Source: the human T2T-CHM13v2.0 reference genome, Homo sapiens
Strand: one strand, 5' to 3'
Assembly: GCF_009914755.1 (NCBI RefSeq)
Contig: NC_060948.1
Length of the DNA stretch: 64,000 nucleotides
Made by a program: the position numbers and the translations under genes. Below the pieces are notes generated by a model. It saw nothing but the letters and a program-made list of their open reading frames with translations, was not told where the DNA came from and did not search any database. Below are positions 1 through 10,611 of the stretch, one piece after another. Within the stretch, counting starts at the first letter, position 1, and the number at the start of each line of letters is the position of its first letter.

Positions 1-1660
1 AAGAGAATCAAACGGAATTGAATCGAATGGAATCGAATGGATTGGAAAGGAATAGAATGGAATGGAATGGAATTGACTCAAATGGAATGGACTAGAATGG
101 AATGGATTCGAATGGAAGGCAAAGGAATGGAATCTATTGGAATGGACTGTAATGGAATGGAATGGAAGGGATTGGAATGGACTCGAATGGAATGGACTGC
201 AATAGAAAGGATTCGAATGGAATGAAAAAGAATTGAATGGAATAGAACAGAATGGAATCAAATCGAATGAAATTGAATGGAATAGTAAGGAATGGAATGA
301 AATGGAATGGAAAGGATTCGAATGGAATGCAATCGAATGGAATGCAATCGAATGGAATGGAATCGAACGGAATGGAATAAAATGGAAGAAAACTGGCAAG
401 AAATGGAATCGAAATGAATGGAGTGTTATGGAACGGACTCAAAAGGAATTGAATGTAATAGAATGGAGTGGAGTGGACTCGAATATAATGGACTGGAATG
501 GAATGAAATCACATGGAATGGGAACGAATGGAATGGAATGGAAAGGAATGGAATCGAATGGAAAGGAATCGAATGGAAGGGAATGAAATTGAATCAACAG
601 GAATGGAAGGGAATAGAATAGACGGTAATGGAATGGACTCGAATAGAATGGACACGAATGCTCACATTGAATGGACTCGAGTGGAATGGAAACGAAACGA
701 ATGTCATCGAATGGAATTGAATCGATTGGAATGAAATCGCATAGAATGGACTGGAATCAAATGGAATTGAGTCGAAAGGAAAGGAAGCGAATGGACTGAA
801 ATGAAATGGAATGGAATTGAATGGAAAGTAATGCAATGGAATAGAATGGAACGAAATTTCACGGAATGGAATCAAACTGAATGGAATCAAATCAATGGAA
901 TATAATCAAATGGAATGGAAAGGAATTGAATGGAGTAGATGGGACTGGATGGGATTGGAATGAAATGTACTGGAAAGGACTCGAATTTCATGAAACGGAA
1001 TGGAATGAATTGGAACGGAATGGACTCGATTGGAATGGAATGTCATGGAATGGCATCAAATGGAATGGAATCGAATGCAATGGAATGCTATGGAATGGAA
1101 TGGAATGCATTGGAATGGAATGTCCTCTAATGGAATGGATTCGAGTGGAATGGAATCGAATATAATGGAGTCGAATGAAATGGAATTGAAAGGAATGGGA
1201 TCGAATACAATGGAATATACTGGAATGTAACGTAATGAACTCGAATGTAATTGACTGGAATGGAATGTACATGAATGGAATGTAATCGAATGGAAAGTAA
1301 TCCAATGGAATAGAATCTAATGCAATAAAATCGACTCAAATAGAATAGAATGGAATGGAATGGAGTGCAGTGCAATGGAATGGAAGGGAATGGAATGCAA
1401 TGGAATGGAATGTAATGGAATGGAATGGAATGGGATGGAATGGTATGGAATGGATAGTAATGGACTGGAGTGAAATGGACTGGAAAGGAATGGACTCAAA
1501 TTGAAAGGGCTCGAAAGGAATGCAGTCAAATGGAATGATCTGGAATGGAATGAACACGAATGTAATGCAATCCAATAGAATGGAATCGAATGGCATGGAA
1601 TATAAAGAAATGGAATCGAAGAGAATGGAAACAAATGGAATGGAATTGAATGGAATGGAA

Positions 1661-1814
1661 TTGAATGGAATGAGAATGAATGGAGTGAAATTGTATGCAG
1701 TAGAAGAGAATAGAATGGAATGCAAGCGAAAGGAAAGGAATGGATTGGAATGGAATGGAATTCATTGGAATGGAAGGGAATGTAGTGTAATGGACAGGCC
1801 TGGAATAAAGTGGA
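1661..1814. other. Diagnostic DYZ1 segment: conserved EcoRI (1758-1763) and StuI/HaeIII (1796-1801) sites; target of the classic Y-sexing PCR
   Basis: Seen: GGACAGGCCTGGAATAAAGTGGA at 1792-1814, once per unit. TTGAATGGAATGGGAACGAATGG lies upstream (mismatched in U1 at 1661, exact in e.g. U3 ~8734), giving a 154-bp span. These match my recollection of primers Y1.1/Y1.2; not verified by search. Confidence 0.8.
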
Positions 1815-2171
1815 ATGCTACGGTCTCGAATGGAATAAAAATGTATGGAATGGAATGCAATGAAACGGAATCGAATGTCATAGAATGTAATGGAATGCAA
1901 AAAAATGGAATCCAAAATCATTGACTGGAAAGGCTGGGTGTCGAAAGGAATTGACTCCAATGGAATGGAATCGAATGGAATGGAAGTGAATAGAATCGAA
2001 CTAAATCGAATGGAATGGAATTGATAGGAACGGAATGGAAAGGAATGCAATGATTTGGCATGGAATGGAATCGAATGGCATCGAATGGAATGGAATGGAA
2101 TGCAATGGAATGGAATGTATTAGAATGTAATGAACTTTAATGGAATGTACTCGAATGGATTCGACTGGAAT

Positions 2172-2186
2172 GGAATGTTCTGGAAG
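2172..2186. promoter_or_regulatory. Consensus heat-shock element 1 (gGAAtgTTCtgGAAg); recurs once per unit
   Basis: Exact nGAAnnTTCnnGAAn match; the alternative allele GAAtgTTCtcGAA also matches. Binding is not shown by sequence. Confidence 0.55.
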
Positions 2187-2431
2187 TGAATGGACTCCAA
2201 TGGAATGGATTCGAAAGGAATGGAATCGTACGGAATGGAATCTAATGGAATGGAATTAAATGGAAATGAATCAAATTGAATAGCACGGAACTGAATTGAA
2301 TGGAATCGAATGCAATGGAATCTAATGAAACGGAAAGGAAAGGAATGGAATGGAATGGAATGGGCTGGAATGGAATGGAATCGAACTGAAGAGACTGGAA
2401 TGGAATGCACTGGAATGGAAGGGAGTGTAAT

Positions 2432-2446
2432 GGAAGGTTCTCGAAA
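2432..2446. promoter_or_regulatory. Consensus heat-shock element 2 (gGAAggTTCtcGAAa); broken in U4, U9, U10, U12
   Basis: Exact nGAAnnTTCnnGAAn match in U1; the TTCTCAAG allele destroys the third GAA. Confidence 0.5.
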
Positions 2447-3452
2447 AAAATGGAATCGAATGGAATGGAATTGAATGGAACGGAATAGAGTCGAATGGAA
2501 TTGAATGGAATGGAATGGACTAGAGTGAAATGGAATCGAACCACAAGGAATGGACAGGAATAGAATGGTCTCGAATTGAATGGAATCGTATGGAATGGCA
2601 TCAAACGGAATGGAATGGACAGCCACGGAATGGAATGCACTCGAATGCAATGGAGTCGAAACTAATGGACTGGAATAGAATGGACTCGACTGGTACGGAC
2701 TCCAATGGAATGGAATCGAATGGAAGGGAATCGAACGGAATGGACTCGAAGGCAAAAGACTGCAATGGAAAGGTGTCGAATGGAATGGAAATTAATGGAA
2801 TGGAATGGAATCGAATGAAATGGAGTCAAAAGGAATGGAATCGAATGGCAAGAAATCGAATGTAATGGAATCGCAAGGAATTGATGTGAACGGAACGGAA
2901 TGGAATGGAATCCAAAGGAATGGAATAGAATGGAATGGAATCGAATGGAAAGGACTCGAATGGAAATCACTCGAATAGAATGCAATTTAATAAAATAGGA
3001 TCAAATGTAATGGAATGGAATGGAAAGGAATCGAAACGAAAGGAATGGAGACAGATGGAATGGAATGGAACAGAGAGCAATGGTATAGAATGGAATGGAA
3101 TCATCTGGAATGGAATTGAATGGAATGGAATAACATGAAATGGAATGGAATGGAATGGAATGCCTTTGAATTAAATGGACTGGAATGGAATGGTCTCGAA
3201 CAGAGTGGAATGGAAAGTGTTGGAATAGAATGGAATGGACTCGTTTGGAATGGTGTAGTATGCAATGCAATCGACTGGCAGGGAATCAAAAGGAATGTAA
3301 TCGAATGGATTGGACTGGAATGCAATGGACTCGAATAGATTGGAAACGGAATGCAAAGGAATGGAATGGAATAGTATGGAATGGAATGGAAAGGAATGGA
3401 GTGGAATAGACTAGAGTGGAATGGAATGGACTGGAAAGCAATGGACTGGAAT

Positions 3453-3467
3453 GGAACTTTCTTGAAT
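3453..3467. promoter_or_regulatory. Consensus heat-shock element 3 (gGAActTTCttGAAt); recurs once per unit
   Basis: Exact nGAAnnTTCnnGAAn match, intact in every unit I inspected. Confidence 0.55.
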
Positions 3468-3529
3468 GGACTGGAATCAAACGGAATGGAATGCAATGCA
3501 ATCAAATGGCATGGAATAAAATAGAATGA

Positions 3530-6500
3530 AAGAGAATCAAATGGAATTGAATCGAATGGAATCGAATGGATTGGAAAGGAATAGAATGGAATGGAATGGA
3601 ATTGACTCAAATGGAATGGACTAGAATGGAATGGATTCGAATGGAAGGCAAAGGAATGGAATCTATTGGAATGGACTGTAATGGAATGGAATGGAAGGGA
3701 TTGGAATGGACTCGAATGGAATGGACTGCAATAGAAAGGATTCGAATGGAATGAAAAAGAATTGAATGGAATAGAACAGAATGGAATCAAATCGAATGAA
3801 ATGGAATGGAATAGAAAGGAATGGAATGAAATGGAATGGAAAGGATTCGAATGGAATGCAATCGAATGGAATGGAATCGAACGGAATGGAATAAAATGGA
3901 AGAAAACTGGCAAGAAATGGAATCGAAATGAATGGAGTGTTATGGATCGGACTCAAAAGGAATTGAATGTAATAGAATGGAGTGGAGTGGACTCGAATAT
4001 AATGGACTGGAATGTAATGAAATCACATGGAATGGGAACGAATGGAATGGAATGGAAAGGAATGGAATCGAATGGAAAGGAATCGAATGGAAGGGAATGA
4101 AATTGAATCAACAGGAATGGAAGGGAGTAGAATAGACGGTAATGGAATGGACTCGAATAGAATGGACACGAATGCTCAAATTGAATGGACTCGAATGGAA
4201 TGGAAACGAAAGGAATGTCATCGAATGGAATTGAATCGGTTGGAATGAAATCGCATAGAATGGAGTGGAATCAAATGGAATTGAATCGAAAGGAAAGGAA
4301 GCGAATGGACTGAAATGAAATGGAATGGAATTGAATGGAATGTAATGCAATGGAATAGAATGGAACGAAATTTCACGGAATGGAATCAAACTGAATGGAA
4401 TCAAATCAATGGAATATAATCAAATGGAATGGAAAGGAATTGAATGGAGTAGATTGGGTTGGATGGGATTGGAATGAAATGGAATGGAAAGGACTCGAAT
4501 TTCATGAAACGGAATGGAATGAATTGGAACGGAATGGACTCGAATGGAATGGAATGACATGGAATGGCAAGAAATGGAATGGCATCAAAGGGAATGGAAT
4601 CGAATGCAATGGAATGCTATGGAATGGAATGGAATGCATTGGAATGGAATGTCCTCTAATGGAATGGATTCGAGTGGAATGGAATCTAATATAATGGAGT
4701 CGAATGAAATGCAATTGAAAGGAATGGGATCGAATACAATGGAATATACTGGAATGTAATGTAAAGAACTCGAATGTAATTGAATGGAAAGGAATGTACA
4801 TGAATGGAATGTAATCGAATGGAAAGTAATCCAATGGAATAGTATCTAATGTAATAAAATCGACTCAGATAGAGTAGAATGTAATGGAATGGAGTGTAGT
4901 GCAATGGAATGGAATGGAATGGAATGCAATGGAATGGAAAGGAATGGAATGGAATGGAATGGAATGGGATGGAATGGTATGGAATGGATAGTAATGGACT
5001 GGAGTGAAATGGACTGGAAAGGAATGGACTCAAATTGAAAGGTCTCGAAAGGAATGGAGTCAAAAGGAATGGTCTGGAATGGAATGAACACGAATGTAAT
5101 GCAATCCAATAGAATGGAGTCGAATGGCATGGAATATAAAGAAATGGAATCGAAGAGAATGGAAACAAATGGAATGGAATTGAATGGAATGGAATTGAAT
5201 GGAATGGGAAGGAATGGAGTGAAATTGTATGCAGTAGAAGAGAATAGAATGGAATGCAAGCAAAAGGAAAGGAATGGATTGGAATGGAATGGAATTCATT
5301 GGAATGGAAGGGAATGTAGTGTAATGGACAGGCCTGGAATAAAGTGGAATGCTACGGTCTCGAATGGAATAAAAATGTATGGAATGGAATGCAATGAAAC
5401 GGAATTGAATGTCATAGAATGTAATGGAATACAAAAAAATGGAATCCAAAATCATTGACTGGAAAGGCTGGGTGTCGAAAGGAATTGACTCCAATGGAAT
5501 GGAATCGAATGGAATGGAAGTGAATAGAATCGAACTAAATCGAATGGAATGGAATTGATAGGAACGGAATGGAAAGGAATGCAATGATTTGGCATGGAAT
5601 GGAATCGAATGGCATCGAATGGAATGGAATGGAATGCAATGGAATGGAATGTATTAGAATGTAATGAACTTTAATGGAATGTACTCGAATGGATTCGACT
5701 GGAATGGAATGTTCTGGAAGTGAATGGACTCCAATGGAATGGATTCAAAAGGAATGGAATCGTACGGAATGGAATCTAATGGAATGGAATTAAATGGAAA
5801 TGAATCAAATTGAATAGCACGGAATTGAATTGAATGGAATCGAATGCAATGGAATCTAATGAAACGGAAAGGAAAGGAATGGAATGGAATGGAATGGGCT
5901 GGAATGGAAAGGAATCGAAACGAATGGAATGGAATCGAACTGAAGAGACTGGAATGGAATGCACTGGAATGGAAGGGAGTGTAATGGAAGGTTCTCGAAA
6001 AAAATGGAATCGAATGGAATGGAATTGAATGGAACGGAATAGAGTCGAATGGAATTGAATGGAATGGAATGGACTAGAGTGAAATGGAATCGAACCACAA
6101 GGAATGGACAGGAATAGAATGGTCTCGAATTGAATGGAATCGTATGGAATGGCATCAAACGGAATGGAATGGACAGCCACGGAATGGAATGCACTCGAAT
6201 GCAATGGAGTCGAAACTAATGGACTGGAATAGAATGGACTCGACTCGTACGGACTCCAATGGAATGGAATCGAATGGAAGGGAATCGAACGGAAGGGAAT
6301 CGAACGGAATGGACTCGAAGGGAAAAGACTGCAATGGAAAGGTCTCGAATGGAATGGAAATTAATGGAATGGAATGGAATCGAATGAAATGGAGTCAAAA
6401 GGAATGGAATCGAATGGCAAGAAATCGAATGTAATGGAATCGCAAGGAATTGATGTGAACGGAACGGAATGGAATGGAATCCAAAGGAATGGAATAGAAT

Positions 6501-7098
6501 GGAATGGAATCGAATGGAAAGGACTCGAATGGAAATCACTCGAATAGAATGCAATTTAATAAAATAGGATCAAATGTAATGGAATGGAATGGAAAGGAAT
6601 CGAAACGAAAGGAATGGAGACAGATGGAATGGAATGGAACAGAGAGCAATGGTATAGAATGGAATGGAATCATCTGGAATGGAATTGAATGGAATGGAAT
6701 AATATGAAATGGAATGGAATGGAATGGAATGTCCTTGAATTAAATGGACTGGAATGGAATGGACTCGAACAGAGTGGAATGGAAAGTGTTGAAATAGAAT
6801 GGAATGGACTCGTTTGGAATGGTGTAGTATGCAATGCAATCGACTGGCAGGGAATCAAAAGGAATGTAATCGAATGGATTGGACTGGAATGCAATGGACT
6901 CGAATAGATTGGAAGCGGAATGCAAAGGAATGGAATGGAATAGTATGGAATGGAATGGAAAGGAATGGAGTGGAATAGACTAGAGTGGAATGGAATGGAC
7001 TCGAAAGCAATGGACTGGAATGGAACTTTCTTGAATGGACTGGAATCAAACGGAATGGAATGCAATGCAATCAAATGGCATGGAATAAAATAGAATGA
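3530..7098 (+). repeat. DYZ1 unit U2 (3569 bp)
   Basis: Marker ORF 3566 to 7135; carries a 15-bp duplication GGAAGGGAATCGAAC at ~6276-6305. Confidence 0.93.
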
Positions 7099-10000
7099 AA
7101 GAGAATCAAACGGAATTGAATCGAATGGAATCGAATGGATTGGAAAGGAATAGAATGGAATGGAATGGAATTGACTCAAATGGAATGGACTAGAATGGAA
7201 TGGATTCGAATGGAAGGCAAAGGAATGGAATCTATTGGAATGGACTGTAATGGAATGGAATGGAAGGGATTGGAATGGACTCGAATGGAATGGACTGCAA
7301 TAGAAAGGATTCGAATGGAATGAAAAAGAATTGAATGGAATAGAACAGAATGGAATCAAACCTCATGAAATAGAATGGAATAGAAAGGAATGGAATGAAA
7401 TCGAATGGAAAGGATTCGAATGGAATGCAATCGAATGGAATGCAATCGAATGGAATGGAATCGAACGGAATGGAATAAAATGGAAGAAAACTGGCAAGAA
7501 ATGGAATCGAAATGAATGGAGTGTTAAGGAACGGACTCAAAAGGAATTGAATGTAATAGAATGGAGTGGAGTGGACTCGAATATAATGGACTGGAATGGA
7601 ATGAAATCACATGGAATGGGAACGAATGGAATGGAATGGAAAGGAATGGAATCGAATGGAAAGGAATCGAATGGAAGGGAATGAAATTGAATCAACAGGA
7701 ATGGAAGGGAATAGAATAGACGGTAATGGAATGGACTCGAATAGAATGGACACGAAAGCTCAAATTGAATGGACTCGAATGGAATGGAAATGAAAGGAAT
7801 GTCATCGAATGCAATTCAATCGATTGGAATGAAATCGCATAGGATGGAGTGGAATCAAATGGAATTGAATCGAAAGGAAAAGAAGCGAATTGACTGAAAT
7901 GAAATGGAATGGAATTGAATGGAAAGTAATGCAACGGAATAGAATGGAATGAAATTTCACGGAATGGAATCAAACTGAATGGAATCAAATCAATGGAATA
8001 TAATCAAATGGAATGGAAAGGAATTGAATGGAGTAGATTGTATTGGATGGGATTGGAATGAAATGTACTGGAAAGGACTCGAATTTCATGAAACGGAATG
8101 GAATGTATTAGAACGGAATGGACTCGAATGGAATTGAATGTCACGGAATGGCATCAAATGGAATGGCATCAATTGGAATGGAATCGAATGCAATGGAATG
8201 CTATGGAATGGAATGGAATGCATTGGAATGGAATGTCCTCTAATGGAATGGATTCGAGTGGAATGGAATCGAATATAATGGAGTCTAATGAAATGGAATT
8301 GAAAGGAATGGGATCCAATACAATGGAATATACTGGAATGTAATGTAATGAACTCGAATGTAATTGACTGGAATGGAATGTACATGAGTGGAATGTAATC
8401 GAATGGAAAGTAATCCAATGGAATAGAATCTAATGCAATAAAATCGACTCAAATAGAGTAGAATGTAATGGAATGGAGTGCAGTGCAATGGAATGGAATG
8501 GAATGGGATGGAATGGTATGGAATGGATAGTAATGGACTGGAGTGAAATGGACTGGAAAATAATGGACTCAAATTGAAAGGGCTCGAAAGGAATGGAGTC
8601 AAATGGAATGGTCTGGAATGGAATGAACAAGAATGTAATGCAATCCAATAGAATGGAATCGAATGGCATGGAATATAAAGAAATGGAATCGAAGAGAATG
8701 GAAACAAATGGAATGGAATTGAATGGAATGGAATTGAATGGAATGGGAACGAATGGAGTGAAATTGTATGCAGTAGAAGAGAATAGAATGGAATGCAAGC
8801 GAAAGGAAAGGAATGGATTGGAATGGAATGGAATTCATTGGAATGGAAGGGAATGTAGTGTAATGGACAGGCCTGTAATAAAGTGGAATGCTACGGTCTC
8901 GAATGGAATAAAAATGTATGGAATGGAATGCAATGAAACGGAATCGAATGTCATAGAAGTAATGGAATGCAAAAAAATGGACTCCAAAATCATTGACTGG
9001 AAAGGCTGGGTGTCGAAAGGAATTTACTCCAATGGAATGGAATCGAATGGAATGGAAGTGAATAGAATCGAACTAAATCGAATGGAATGGAATTGATAGG
9101 AACGGAATGGAAAGGAATGCAATGATTTCGCATGGAATGGAATCGAATGGCATCGAATGGAATGGAATGGAATGCAATGGAATGAAATGTATTAAAATGT
9201 AATGAACTTTAATGGAATGTACTCGAATGGATTCGACTGGAATGGAATGTTCTCGAAGTGAATGGACTCCAATGGAATGGATTCGAAAGGAATGGAATCT
9301 AATGGAATGGAATTAAATGGAAATGAATCAAATTGAATAGAACGGAATTGAATTGAATGGAATCGAATGCAATGGAATCTAATGAAACGGAAAGGAAAGG
9401 AATGGAATGGAATGGAATGGAATGGGCTGGAATGGAATGGAATCGAAACGAATGGAATGGAATCGAACTGAAGAGACTGGAATGGAATACACTGGAATGG
9501 AAGGGAATGTAATGGAAGGTTCTCGAAAAAAATGTAATTGAAAGGAATGGAATTGAGTGGAACGGAATAGAGTCGAATGGAATTCAATGGAATGGAATGG
9601 ACTAGAGTGAAATGGAATCGAACCACAAGGAATGGACAGGAATAGAATGGTCTCGAATTGAATGGAATCGTATGGAATGGCATCAAACGGAATGGAATGG
9701 ACAGCCACGGAATGGAATGCACTCGAATGCAATGGAGTCGAAACTAATGGACTGGAATTGAATGGACTCGACTGGTACGGACTCCAATGGAATGGAATCG
9801 AATGGAAGGGAATCGAACGGAATGGACTCGAAGGGAAAAGACTGCAATGGAAAGGTCTCGAATGGAACGGAAATTAATGGAATGGAATGGAATCGAATGA
9901 AATGGAGTCAAAAGGAATGGAATCGAATGGCAAGAAATCGAATGTAATGGAATCGCAAGGAATTGATGTGAACGGAACGGAATGGAATGGAATCCAAAGG

Positions 10001-10611
10001 AATGGAATAGAATGGAATGGAATCGAATGGAAAGGACTCGAATGGAAATCACTCGAATAGAATGCAATTTAATAAAATAGGATCAAATGTAATGGAATGG
10101 AATGGAAAGGAATCGAAACGAAAGGAATGGAGACAGATGGAATGGAATGGAACAGAGAGCAATGGTATAGAATGGAATGGAATCATCTGGAATGGAATTG
10201 AATGGAATGGAATAACATGAAATGGAATGGAATGGAATGGAATGCCTTTGAATTAAATGGACTGGAATGGAATGGTCTCGAACAGAGTGGAATGGAAAGT
10301 GTTGGAATAGAATGGAATGGACTCGTTTGGAATGGTGTAGTATGCAATGCAATCGACTGGCAGGGAATCAAAAGGAATGTAATCGAATGGATTGGACTGG
10401 AATGCAATGGACTCGAATAGATTGGAAACGGAATGCAAAGGAATGGAATGGAATAGTATGGAATGGAATGGAAAGGAATGGAGTGGAATAGACTAGAGTG
10501 GAATGGAATGGACTGGAAAGCAATGGACTGGAATGGAACTTTCTTGAATGGACTGGAATCAAACGGAATGGAATGCAATGCAATCAAATGGCATGGAATA
10601 AAATAGAATGA
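7099..10611 (+). repeat. DYZ1 unit U3 (3513 bp)
   Basis: Marker ORF 7135 to 10648; AAACCTCATG variant at ~7360, BamHI variant at 8311, 1-bp deletion TCATAGAAGT at ~8958. Confidence 0.93.

Larger units (their letters stand above)
1..3529 (+). repeat. DYZ1 unit U1 (3529 bp; unit start set arbitrarily at AAGAGAATCA)
   Basis: Landmark AAGAGAATCAAA at 1 recurs at 3530; marker ORF starts at 37 and 3566. Confidence 0.93.

Noticed and set aside
851-996. Further HSE-like sites GAAATTTCACGGAA (~853) and GAATTTCATGAA (~984)
   Set aside because: Spacing breaks the three-pentamer consensus; only two units are in register.
1804-2996. AATAAA hexamers (e.g. ~1804, ~1834, ~2989) as polyadenylation signals, and reported testis Yq12 non-coding transcripts
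   Set aside because: AATAAA is two substitutions from AATGGA and expected by chance. Transcript boundaries cannot be inferred from sequence alone.
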